Assembly: GCF_036321535.1 (NCBI RefSeq)
Contig: NC_087437.1
Location: forward strand, 14,448,001 to 14,512,000
Length of the DNA: 64,000 bases
Origin: Camelus dromedarius
Lineage: Eukaryota
Reading direction: 5' to 3'
The notes under the pieces are model-generated. The model was not told the origin of the DNA and did no database searches. It saw only the letters and a program-made list of their open reading frames with translations. Both the position numbers and the translations under genes were made by a program. This document shows, in pieces, positions 1-12,370 of this stretch (the stretch's first letter is position 1; each line of letters starts with the position of its first letter).

Positions 1-169
1 AGAATTGGTTTTTTTTTTCTTTTATAAGGTAAACAGCTTTTTTTCACTGAGGGAAGAAAACAAACCAAAAAACAAAAATTCTGACGTCTGCTGTTGAAGG
101 CTATAGTGAACAAGGAGCTGGATTGCAGCAGGAATGGTGATAAGAAGGAAACACTGGTGGTCATGGGTA

Positions 170-560
170 TCCTCAGGAGTGAAATGATTGGGAAAATACA
201 GAATCACCTGTTTTCAAGTTTGCTTGTGGAAGTGGGCATTGGGAAGGTTGCAGCTTGTGAGTTACTGTAAGTAGTAGAAGGAAGCTTATTTGAAATCTGA
301 AAGAAAATCGTAAGAGCAAATGTGGATGGGTGACGTATCACCTGGCTAACTAGGTGGCTGGTAGGGGTTAGAGGTGTGTGCACATTTGTGGATATACTTT
401 GATTCAGCTGCATATGGTTTTCTGCAGTCTCCTAGTGTTACTCATGGTTGCAATTACAAGCAAACACAAAATTTGCGTTATGCTCAGATTGTTCCCTAAT
501 ACATCAATTGCATTGAAACAAATGTGTTTTCAAAGAAGCATTATAGCAGAACCGGCTTTA
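170..560. mobile_element. Ancient Tigger-type (Tigger13a-like) DNA transposon fragment
   Basis: Ends in gcattatagcagaaccggct, resembling the old Tigger terminal repeat as recalled. Highly diverged. Confidence 0.4.
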
Positions 561-2261
561 CATGGCAAGTCTGTCTCAGGGGATTCCCTGCTTCCCTTGT
601 TATTAGAATATTTGATGGCCATCTGTGAGATGAGGAGCATGTAAAGATGGCTCTTTTATACATATCTACTTCCCCTTATCAAATTTTAGATAATAATAAA
701 AAATACAAAATAATGAGTAAAGTACCCCTCCCAGCCTCACAAAACAATGTTAATTTTTTTTTAATTTCCCATGTGGCAAGATGGCTTTGTCAAGATGGCA
801 TGTTCTCATCCCATCCCACCCTACCACTGCCTTTGAGCCAAGCCAAGTGGGGCTGAGTCACTGATGACTGGATGTTGTTCATCTCTCCCCCTGATTGCTT
901 TCCTTGATGGATAGCCCGGAGAGGGACCTGTCGAAGTGGCTCTGTATTGTTTGGTGAAGTATATATACTCATTTGTTCCAGATCTCACAGCATTTCCCAG
1001 GGTCTTATTTATTAATTTCAGGATATCGCTGTGTGTATTAGATACTTTTCAGCAGTCCTGCATGCAGAATATTTGTGATGGTTAATTCTAGGGTCCTCTG
1101 GGTGTTTTATCCTTTTTAGGTCTACCTTGGGGAAAAGAGCAATCCATGCAGAGAAGGAAGTAGCTTCACACCTTTGAGGCTATGTTTGCAGGGGAGCCAT
1201 GTCTGGGAAAAGCATAGTCAAAATGCTGTTTTTGGAAGGAGCACCTGATTATTTTCAACAGGTTCAAATTCTCTTTTCCAATTAGATGTGACGGCTGGAT
1301 TCTCATGTGTGCATTCAAATTACAGAGAGATAAACATTGCACCACTGACATGATTGCTGGGATAGGTAGTATCCATATAAACATGTTTTAAAGGTTTTAA
1401 AAATCTAGATATAGGAATAAGCTATAAGGTCCTAGAATTTCAGGCTTGAGGGAAACGTGGGGAGAGGGGAGATTTTGCCCCATATTTCCTCTTATTATAA
1501 GGAATGTGAGGCCCACAGAAGCAGCACAACTAGCCAGGAGATCCTGGCTCGTTATAACGTAACAGAAACAGGACTTAAACACTGGGGCCCCCAGCTCTTG
1601 TCTTTGTCCCATGGTATTGATTTTTGTAGTTCAGTAAATTCTGACCACTTACTTAAGATTCCAGGCAGCCCTCAATCTGTTGCTACTGCGCCCCTTAACC
1701 CGAGTATTTGTCACACCTGCTTGATTTGATTCCCTTGCTGCCCACTTCCATTTTATTTTATTTCTTAAAGCTGAAAAAAAGGAGGGTTGCTTGTATTCAG
1801 GCCATAGCTACCACTAACTTCTTTATTTCTTTAGTTGATATCCTTTCTTACCTCAGTGGATAGAAATGTGAGTAATAATAATCCTTGTACCAGGAGAACA
1901 AAAGTACTAGCCTGCTTCGTCTGGAGGCCCATTTTCCAACAACTTTGTTTCACCTAGTGAGAGAGGTCCTCAGATGTCTTACTATGAGGACTTGGGGGAA
2001 AAAAAAAAACACTTCAGAAAGTTTCAGTAAAAAAATGTTTCCCTCCTCAAGATATTTTTTAAGCCAAATTATAAAAAAAAAAAGTTTGAAAAATGTCTAG
2101 AATGAAATACAGTTTTTCAGATATAAAGTGTTCATATACTGTTATGTGGCTTTAATCCTTCAAAATGAATTTCTCAAAACTTTGTAATTGGAGGATGTAT
2201 ATGAAAGACTTTTATGGTGTCAATTTAGTACAATCTCCACACCACAACGGCAAGCTAAGTA

Positions 2262-2515
2262 ATAATGTTAATATTAACAGCAGCAGCTAACACTCACTAA
2301 GCACTTACTGGGTACCAGGCACTGTTGTGCATGGCTTACAGGGAATCATTCATTTAATCCTCGATACAACACCATGAAGCAAATGCCGTGATTATCATTC
2401 CATTTGATGGGGTGAAACTGAGGCGCAAAGAAGTGGCTTGATTTACTTAACGCCACACGCTAATAGGTTGAGCTGGGATGCAAATCGAGTCTGTCTGCTT
2501 TCAAGCTTACACTCC
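2262..2515 (-). mobile_element. MIR SINE
   Basis: agcacttactgggtaccaggcactg...atttaatcctc...gaaactgaggc, the MIR core in reverse orientation. Confidence 0.8.
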
Positions 2516-2769
2516 CAGTAGAAATGAAGGGAGAAGCTAGAAGCACCTGTCTTAGTCATGGTTCTCTCACTCATCAGTGAGACATTCGCCCAGGCAGTTT
2601 TGTTCTCCATTAAAGGGGAATAAAACTAATGCACAGTGTTCCTTTCTCACAGATTTGTTGTGATAAGCTAAGACGATAAGGGAAGGAAGTAGTGTTCAAT
2701 GAGCATCTACTCTGAGGGACCATGGGGATATGTTTCACATAGCATCGTTCACCCTGCTGTCCCTGCTAA

Positions 2770-3426
2770 TGTTAGAGCAGGCAGATAGCTAGATATAAGC
2801 AGAGAAAGGGAGACACAGACCAAATGGCAAGAATTGGGCAGAAAGGAAGGGCACGGGCCAAATGCAGGAAACCATACATCATGTAAACACCAGGAGTCCC
2901 TGGGCAGAGAAAAAAAAAAGCAGGAACCTCTGTGCTGATAAGTGGTCACACCTTTGGAGGTAATAAGTGGCCCAGAGGCCAATAAAGAAAGATGGGAAAA
3001 GGCAGGAATTTCCAGTGTCCAAATGTAACCGCTTGCTCATTATGCCCTCATTTCAATAAAATTAGTCATGCAGATTACAAGTACCCATCATGCACTGACA
3101 CCATGACACTTCCGATCCATACTAAATAAGGACAAAAATCCCTCCTCCCTTCGGGAAGGTGGAGTTGGGATGAAAATCAGAGAATGTGACCCCAGACCCT
3201 TCCCTCCCTAATGAATATTCCACCCATTCATTTTTACACCCTATTAAACAACTTATCAAAGAAACTCAGGGCAGCTGCTCACCTGAGCCTGCATGCTCTC
3301 CCCTGGAGTGTACTATCCATCGTTTAATAAATTGTCACTTTACTTTTTTAACCACTACGTCTTGTCTCTGAATTCTTTCTGGGACGGGACAAGAACTTGG
3401 AACGCTGCTTACATCCACCAGCAACA
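2770..3426 (+). mobile_element. Solo ERV1-class LTR (MER4 group, MER50-like 5' end), 657 bp
   Basis: TGTT...AACA termini; 4-bp TSD CTAA at 2766-2769 and 3427-3430; AATAAA near 3326; typical 3' motif tgaattctttct...caagaac. Confidence 0.9.
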
Positions 3427-3644
3427 CTAACACTCTCGTGCAGTTCTCAAATTCTGCCGTTATCCAGAAGATGGATTAACTGCCATCTGTTCTCATGTGT
3501 GGGTTTTCTTATTGCCTCTCTTGCTTGTCTTGTCCAACTGATTTCACTGGGGGCGGGAGATTATTTTTAAAGTGATACATGTTATTTGTAGGAAATTTGG
3601 GGAAAGGATTTGAAAAGGCAGTTTAAGAGGAGGAAACTCAAAAG

Positions 3645-4430
3645 GCCATCATGCATTAGAAAAGATACTCCAAGTCACTAGTGATGAGAGAAATGCAAAT
3701 TAAATCAATAATGATGTGTATTGTATAGCATTTTTAGAGAGCTTAGTTATTCCCAGTGTTTCTGGGGCTGTGGAGACCTCCATGCATTGCTAATAGGAGA
3801 TAGACTGACGCTACCATTTTGGAGAGCCTACGGCACCACTTGTCCAAATTAGGGCCAGCAATTACACTCCTGGAGATGTATGAAAATATCTCTTTTCTGT
3901 ATTTGCTTATATATATATACACATACATACATACATACATACATACACACACACATATACATGCATACATATACATATGTATTTACATGTGTATATACAT
4001 ATATTACAAAACACCATAATAGAACATAGAGGATATTCACACAAGGTTATTGTGGTGGTAAGAGAGAGTTGGAGGTAACTGGGTGTCCTTCACTAGGAAA
4101 GTGGTCAGTTCAAATTTAGTAGAATGAACATAAAGGAGTACTGTGCAGCTGTTAGAAGCAGTTGATTAGATGAACATTTATCAACATGGATGGATCTTAA
4201 GGGCATAGTACCAAGTAAAAAAAGTAAGAAAAACAAGATACAGTACAAAAGCATTTCCCCAAGTTAAAATACATGCCCACAAAAGAGGTACCCGTTAAAC
4301 CCCTCAGAGTGGTTGTATGAGGGATGAGGGAGAGAAGTGGGGAGATAAAAGGGGAAACAACAGAGCAAAAGAGAGTCTTGCAGGAACAATGATAATAACG
4401 TGCCATAAACAAGGTAACAACGCAACCCCT
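3645..4430 (+). mobile_element. Old degraded L1 (L1M-type) 3' fragment
   Basis: gaaatgcaaattaaa, ccagcaattacactcctggag and aacatggatggatctt are L1 ORF2-end/3' UTR motifs. Interrupted by a microsatellite. Confidence 0.65.
3908..4003. repeat. Compound (TA)n/(CATA)n/(CA)n microsatellite
   Basis: Visible directly. Confidence 0.95.
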
Positions 4431-6484
4431 CGAAAAGAGAAAAAAGTTAGAAAATACAAGTCAGAACAAAACAAGAAAATAAAGTTATCCGTAATTCCAC
4501 TCAGAGATAAATGTTAAAACTTCAGTGTACATTCTTATATTTCATATGCATGTATATATGTGTGTATATATATGTTTTTTTATATATATTGACACATATA
4601 TTTACATAAGTCAGTGAAATGTACTTTTTTTGTGTTCCAGCTATGAAGATGTACTAGTTACCTCTAAAATGCCTCCTAATTCTCAGACACTCTCCCTTTA
4701 GGGTGAATACTACGTCATCTCATTCAGTCAAATTTTAAACTGACTTGTGTTCAGCATAGCCCAAAACACATTTTGCTAAATACTTTTAGTGTCAGCCATG
4801 AGATACTAGTCATTCAAAGGAAATTTTATCTGTATCTGTATTTAATTCAAACAGTACTTATTTGGGCTTGATTGCTAGAGAGTGTTTAAGTGTATTCAGA
4901 GCATTTCACAGGCTGACAGTTTAAAGTTAGATCACAGCATCAGATGAGTGTTGGCTCTGAATGGAACAAGTGAGGTTGAAACTTGGTCTAGTGTATCAGG
5001 GAATCATCCCATGTGAGTGGCTGAATGGCTTTTAATAGGCTACAGCTGAATCGTTTCTGATGACTGTTCAAAAACAAATAAATTAGCAAATAATAGAGTT
5101 CTGAACCTTTAATCTTTGTTTTGTGTGTGGACAGTGAGCAACCTTTAGTAAAGAGTACATTCCTTTCTGTCAGAGACAAAAGCAAACAAGAGTCTCTCTA
5201 GGCCTCTTACAAAAGCCAACAGAAACCTCCTAAGGGAGACTCAGATCTTAAATCATTGCACCAGGAGCTGGAAATGACAGGGTGCCTGTTGGCTGTTGTT
5301 GCCATGGTAATCATTGCTGACCTCATAGGTCCTTCCTAATGATATTCTCAACAGGTTCACTTGTAGGTTTGTTTGCTTGTGGCTAAACTGTTGTATTTTA
5401 CTCTGAATCCAAAGTCAGAAGGCAGCAGGCACCAATGCCTTGCACATAATAAATACTGAATGAAGATTTCTGAGGTTGGCTTCAGTGCACTGGGTTTGGA
5501 AAAATCAAAGGTATGAGGAGTTTCACAAGTCTCTTGGAGTTCTTAAATGCAGTCCTTGAAGCCCATGTTGCTGGCTACTTTTCTCTCTTAAACAGTTCCA
5601 TCTGTTCATTAGAGTAATCAGCAAATGTGTAATGTTTCAACTCTCCAACCCTCAAAGCCCCTCACATAGTCAAGAGAGGGTAGCTATTTTAAAACTGCCT
5701 TTTTTAGGATTTATCATCAAGTTTTTTCTGGGAGAGATAACAGCATGGACTTAACAGGCTACTGGCTACTCAACAGGCTGCCTGGTCTCTGGGGGTTGGT
5801 TCTCACATCCAGCTGAGTATAAACCCTTCTGTGGGACTCTGATGCCATCCAGGTGTGGGAACCACCCAATGGTATAATCTCGAGACTGTCTTAAGACTTT
5901 CCAGTTCTGAGATTTCCCCAAACCTAAACTGATACTATAATTTTATCAGATTTTTGCTATGCTTCTGATGAAAAAAATAATCTCCCCTTGTTAATATATT
6001 ACTTATGGTTGTAGAGTGTCATGAGCCGTAAATGGAGTCATTCTTTCCAAAAAAGGAAGGGAATGAGAACATCCAACGTTTTGGAGGTAATTTAATTAAG
6101 CATTTATTAAGTTTTGTGTTTGCGAAATACTTTTCAGTTGCCTCTCATTTACTCTTCCTGTGTAGCCACTACTGCCCCCAGTGTACATCTGAGCTTTACT
6201 AAGAAATTAAAAATTCAGAACCACAGATAATTTTCCTTGGACATTGCCCCAAACTGTGTTTTTCACTAGGAAAGCTGCAAATGCAGATAAAACTGTACTT
6301 GACATCTGAAAAGTAGTTGTTCCAGAACCTAATAAGTCCCTTGTGAAATCACAGTGAGGCCGAAGGCCATGAACCACCAGTTCTTTTCCACCCAAGATTG
6401 TGCTTCCCACAGATATAAAAGCTCAGTGCCAGGGGTTGTCAGTTTACCACAGTGGGTGTGCAAAAAAAAGCCTCGATAAGTACT

Positions 6485-6700
6485 AGGCAGTGTGGTGTGG
6501 GGACACCACCGTGGACCAGGAGTGGGAGGACTGGACTCCGTGCAGGGCTCTATCGTTTTCTAACAGTGTGGCCTTGATCACATCAGTAACTTACCTCTCT
6601 TTCTTGTAACATGAAGACATCTGCCTCTCTTGTCTCAGAGGTGGTTATGCCAGATGAGTAACACAGATCATTCTCTGCAGCTTCTGGAGTGCTTTGGACA
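6485..6700 (+). mobile_element. MIR SINE
   Basis: aggcagtgtggtgtgg head and cagtgtggccttg core. Confidence 0.6.
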
Positions 6701-8006
6701 TGTGCTAGCTCCATTCACCAAGGTCTGATGATTCTACACTGGCTGCAAAAGGCATTTGCACAAGTGCTTTTCCTGAGTCCAGTTTATCAGGCTCCTTAGG
6801 CTCCTCTGAGCAAATCGGAGTGTATACTGGAATACCAGATAGGAGAAGAAAGAAAAAAATAACATAGCAAAGAAGGGAAAAAGGGTAGTACTCCCCTCCA
6901 CCCACTCTCCCGCTCCATTCAGCACACTCATTTCATTCAGAGTCCTTTTCTGCTTTGTATGAAGACAGAGCCTCTTGTGATAGCATGCATGACAGTGGAG
7001 TATAAACACTTATTTAAAAATTCAGACATAGTTGGCTTCAGCCAACTGACAGAGCCCTGGGTCTTTCTTCAGCAGTGTCATCCACTTGTACCCCATTAAT
7101 TCATGGTCTTTACATTTCTTCATGGGAAGTTTAAAGTCTACTTTGTTTTATCAATGAAGAAAGAAAGGACCCACCGAGCAAATGAATAATGAAAATAAAT
7201 TTGCTAGGAAACCTGCTTAAGAGAAGGGGCTGTTTTCAGATGCCTCACTTGCATCTATTTGCATCCTAACTATGTACTGATTATGAGGGATCCTAGTCAT
7301 TAAAGTGGCCCTGCGAGGGTTTCTACTTGGTAATATTTGATTAGCATTTAATTTGAATTACTCTAATAAAACTCCACTTCTTTAAAACTCGTCCATAATT
7401 CAATATTGTCATGCATATCTTCCTTCCATCAGTATGAATTTGTTGTAAGGTATTATTGTAATTAATTACAGGCCCCTAAATCCCTTGGAAGCTGTCTGGT
7501 ATAATTATATCCTTTGAACAAGACTTTCAATTTTCCCTTGATTTCTTAAGATAAAAAAATCTTGACACTTCAATGGCATTGCTAAAGTCTGGGTGCAGAG
7601 AAGAGTTGCCTATAGAAGCAAACTAGGGATGTAGGTAATTAGTTATCTCCACTGTGTCTGGATTCCAGTCCAAGATAGAGGCCAACTTCTTCCCCTGAAA
7701 ACTTGGTTAGATTTCTAAAATTGCATAAGCAAACCTTTATTCATAAAACAACATCTGCTCTGTGCCTGACCTATAGTGAACATTGAGTAGATACTTAATA
7801 AATGAAGGTATGAGAATATATACATCTTTGGGGTTTTCCTTTTTCTTTCATGTAGACTGTCAAAATATTGTGCAGTTTGTATTGCAGTAGAAACTGCAAG
7901 GGGATTGAATTGAAAGCACTCTCTGTGTTCGTCACATACATCCATTTACCCATCTTTCCAATTTTGGGGGGGAACCTTCTATGGAACCAGCCAGGAATAA
8001 AGAAGA

Positions 8007-8527
8007 TATTACTGAGTTGAAGCTTGTACTATTCACCACACAACAGGCCAGTAAATCAAGAGAAGAGCTGTTGGGGCAAGGAACAGTGACTTTATTCAGG
8101 AAACCAGCAGACCGAGAAGATGATGGACTGGTGTCCCAAGGAACCATCTTACCCAAGTTAGAATTCAGGCTTCTTTTATACTAAAAGGGGGAGGGAATAG
8201 GGCTGGTTGTTGCAAAACCCTTGGTGCAGAATCCTTCATTCTTACAGCTGTCCACTTAGGTCTGGCGACAATGTTCCTACAAACCTCCAACAAGACAAAT
8301 GTTATTCTCTGTTCTGCAACTTTTTATCTCTGTATGAATGGAAAAGTGTCTTTAAAGGTCAAAGCCTTGAGAATGGGTCGTCCTGTTTATTTCAGGCTGT
8401 ACGCAACATTCTTTTACAAAGGTGCAGAGCCAGCATGACTCAGCACAGGCAACAGAGCACAAAGGTTAGAGCTAGAGGAATAGATTCAGTATGGAGTCAT
8501 ATTGAATCATTGTTCTTCTCTATTACA
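8007..8527 (-). mobile_element. Solo ERV1-class LTR, 521 bp
   Basis: 4-bp TSD AAGA at 8003-8006 and 8528-8531. Minus strand starts TGTAATAG and ends CAGTAATA (CA>TA). Minus-strand TATAAAAG near 8175 and AATAAA near 8091. Confidence 0.88.
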
Positions 8528-8854
8528 AAGAGACAAAATCTCTGCCCCTATGCATGTCATATTTAATGTACAAGCCACTTAACCTTTAGTAGAGAGATTT
8601 GTAGTCTTTTGCCTCTCAGTATACCTGTAGTTGCTGTGTGCTTAGTCCAAGTCCTAACCCAGCCATTCTTCTGTGGTTATTGCTTTGTGCCTGATTGGGC
8701 CATTAATTACAAGGAAGGTGCCGTGGGTAATAGCTGATTCCTTCTTTATGTCTGTGTCTCATATTTTTCACTTTAATACTATGATTATGTAACATCTAGG
8801 TTTTCTCCAGTACTAGGGATCCACAGTTCTAAATAAAGTAGCTTTATGCTAAAG

Positions 8855-9002
8855 GTAATAGCTAATATTTTGAGTGTTTGCTCTGTCTCTGCCAGCACTC
8901 TTCTAAGAACAATTCATATGTTTTCTAATTTAATCTTCAGAGTATCCATGAAATGAGCATCATTATTATTCCCATTTTACAGATAAGGAAACCGAGTCAC
9001 AC
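8855..9002 (-). mobile_element. MIR SINE
   Basis: attattattcccattttacagataaggaaaccgag core. Confidence 0.75.
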
Positions 9003-9379
9003 AGCAATATATTTGTATAAGACAATTTTACAAAGGCAAACTCTTGGTCTCTTTAATAGTAAAACCATTTTAGCATCCCACTTTTTAAGATTGTTTCCAT
9101 GTTACCTCACTTGGTCTGACACCTCCATCCCCATTCACTGACATGGGAAAAGTGAGGCAAATGAGAATAAGTTCCTGCTTTACATGGCTCTACAGGTCAA
9201 AGACTGTATAGTATGTAACCTGCGGCTTCAGAATCCTGGTCCAAGACCCTTCCGCTAGAAACATGGTGGCTTCTCTCTGCTCATCTGACCAGATCTTTCC
9301 TGAAGACTTGGGCCTCTCAGTTGTCATGGGAAATTTGGAATTTTGGTGACTTTAAGCAGTTAGGACAGCATTATAATGT

Positions 9380-10130
9380 AATGTGGAGAAAAAGGAATCC
9401 ACTTATACTGGTGGTGGGAATGTAGTTTGGTGCAGCCACTATGGAGAATAGTGTGGAGGTTCCTTAAAAAACTAGAAGTAGACTTATCATATGATTCTGC
9501 CATCTCACTCCTGGGCATATATCTGGAGAAAACTCTAATTCAGAAAGGTACATGCACCCCAGTGTTCATAGCAGCACTATTTACAGTAGCCAAGATATTG
9601 AAGCAACCTAAATGTCCATCAACAAATAAATGGATAAAGAATATACGGTATACATATACAATGAAATATTACTCAGACATAAAAAAGAATGAAATAATGC
9701 CATTTGCAGTAGCATAGGTGAACCTAAGAGTGTCATACTAAGTGAAGTAAGTCAGACAGAGAAAGACAGATATCATATATCACTTATATGTTTAATCTAA
9801 AAAGAAAGATACAAACAGATGTATTTATAAAACAGAAATAGATTCACAGACATAGAAAACAAACTTACAGTTACCAAAAGGGAAAGTGGTGGGGGCCAGG
9901 AGGAGGGATAGATTAGGAGTTTGGGATTAACATATACATACTAATATACATAAAACAGATAAACAACAAGGTCCTATTGTATAGCACAGGAAACTATATT
10001 AGATGTCTTGTAATAACGTATAATGGAATCTGAAATATATATATATATATATAACTGAATCACTGTACACCTGAAACTAACACAACATTGTAAATTAATT
10101 ATACTCCAATTTAAACAGTTATTTAAAAAA
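9380..10130 (+). mobile_element. 5'-truncated L1 (artiodactyl-type 3' UTR) with ORF2 C-terminal remnant
   Basis: ORF 9427-9717 (VQPLWRIVWRFLKKL...CTPVFIAALFTVAKILKQPKCPS) matches the L1 ORF2 C-terminus, followed by L1 3' UTR and an A-rich tail. Confidence 0.93.
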
Positions 10131-11431
10131 TAATGTGTTTTATAAAAACTGTGTTTAGTTGAGGCTTTTGCACCAAGTCCCAACCTTTTTTTCCTGCTTC
10201 TTTGTTGGATTAATATCAGGAACCAGCCCTTAACAGCTCTAGAGTAAAAAGCCAGTTCTATGACCAAAAAATCAGTACTAATTGGGAAATAAATCACATG
10301 GTTTGGTATGGCTAGAAGGGGAAAACTCCCACAAATGCATCTGTCATTTTGATTCATTCTTTCATCCTTTATAGTACATTTTCAGGGTCTCCAAGATGCT
10401 CCTCTGCCTATAAAGGTGCTTGTTGAAGCATCTTGTTTTACATGTGATGAAAATGGAGACAGCACTTCTTTTGACAGGAAACTTCACTTCTTGTTACTGA
10501 AAACCGTCACAACAGTCATTATGTCTGGCTTTCAGAGATTTCCTGGAGTTAGGAGAACAATAGACAGTTAAAATGGCACTGTCAAGAGCATTCTGGGGTT
10601 TTGTAGTGAGTACCACGGGAAATTTCTTCTCTTGAGTTTGTAAGAAAAAGTAGGACTATTTGGGAGGGTGGAATAATGTGGAAATGAACTTTAATGCTCT
10701 ATTTTTTTTAACGGAGTGTTCTTTCTAACCTTTGGTAGTGGCAAAAAAAAAATTCTTTTTATACCGTGGTTCCTGTTTTCTTGTGACCAAGTTGAAAATA
10801 GCTAAGGGAAATTTCTCTTCAGCTGTTCCCTCTCTGTGTTTTAGGTACTCTTCCAAAAAAAGACACATTTGCAGTGTTCTGTCTTTTTATTTGATTAAAC
10901 ATCATTTAGAATTCTTGGATCCAGTTTATTGGTTCTTAATTTTTATATGTGTTCAGGGCTTCTGAGGTTTATGATTTCTTATTTAGCGTCAGGAGTTATC
11001 CTCTGCTTCCTCCGCCTCTTCTACCTCCCTCCTCTCCCAAAAAAAGACCCAAGCTTTAGGAAGAGATATTTATTTTGTCTTACTTCTTATTTTTTGTGTA
11101 CTACAATGTGTTTTTGACAATTTTTACCCTACTTTATATAGCTCTAATAGGTTCTTAATTGTTAATAATGTTTTGATATAGTCACCATTTCCAGCACATT
11201 AAAAGCACAAGCTTTGTAGTTTCTGTGAGCTGCTGCTTCCACTTCTGCAGTTTCTCACTTACCACAACAGATACGGGTGGTTTGAGAGATTCCCGTAGTA
11301 GTTATACGGTATGCCTTAATAGTAAAAACAACCTGCTGGCTTTATTTAAAAAAAAAAAACAAACTAATAATATGAAAGCAATTATGGATTACTAACATTT
11401 TTAAGATTACGAGTAAGAGTTTGTTTTAAAT

Positions 11432-11591
11432 TGGGAACTATATACAATATCCTGTTATAATCTTTAATGAAAAAGAATATATGTATATATATGCATGACT
11501 GGGACATTGTGCTGTACATCAGAAATTGACACATTGTAACTGATTTTACTTCAATTAAATAAATAAGTAAATAAATCTAAAAAAAAAAAAA
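11432..11591 (+). mobile_element. Short young L1 3' end
   Basis: gtgctgtacatcagaaattgacacattgtaactg plus poly(A). Possible TSD AAGAGTT at 11415-11421 and 11592-11598. Confidence 0.85.
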
Positions 11592-11699
11592 AAGAGTTCC
11601 AACAGGTTTTTTGGGGGAGGGCCAGTGGGCTCAGAAAAATGATAATGACTTTCATTTGTAAAAATAAATGGATAACTTTATGCTTTAAAGAAACAAAGA

Positions 11700-12370
11700 A
11701 TATATTTTTTAAAATTTAATCAACATTTTTAAAAAGCTATAAAGTGAAAATGTCTTCCTCCCTATTCTCTGCTTGCTAAATATTATTATTATTATTTAAA
11801 GGTAACTACTGTTAAGTTTCTGCAAATCTTTACAAAAATGATCCAATATTTCATTCATCCTCAAACACACATATACACATAAAGATACATATATATATAT
11901 ACATACATATATACCCTTGCACATCCATACTTAACATACATGTATATATACTTGTATGTGTGTGTGTGTGTATATATATACACAAAAAACATATATGGAT
12001 TCTGTTGTGCAATATGCTTTCCTTAGCAATATATCTTGGATATCTGCCCATATAAGTACATTTTAATGTTCTAATAATCTACCTCATTGTAATGACTCTG
12101 TAGTATTCCATTGTGCTGGCATGCCATAATTTAACTTACCTTCTATTTATCAACATTTGGGTTGTTTCCAGATTTATCCTCTTGCAAACAATACTGCAGT
12201 AAACATCCTTGGACATAACCTTTTACATTATTTTTTGGTAAATATACCTGTAGGATACATTCAAAGCAGGAGAATTACTAATAAAAGTGTGTGCATTTTG
12301 AGTGTCACTAAGTAGTGCCAAATTGTCCTCCAGAATTACTGCACCGATTTATACTTCCACCAACGAACAG
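11700..12370 (-). mobile_element. Old L1ME-type fragment containing a TA/CA/TG microsatellite (about 11866-11997)
   Basis: tagtattccattg, catttgggttgtttccag and tttatacttccaccaac are reversed L1 motifs. Confidence 0.7.

Noticed and set aside
3149..3158. STAT/GAS site in the first LTR
   Set aside because: TTCGGGAA has 2-nt spacing, not TTCNNNGAA.
6724..6777. Box C/D snoRNA-like TGATGA...CTGA
   Set aside because: Box C lacks the 5' purine, the span is short and there is no convincing terminal stem.
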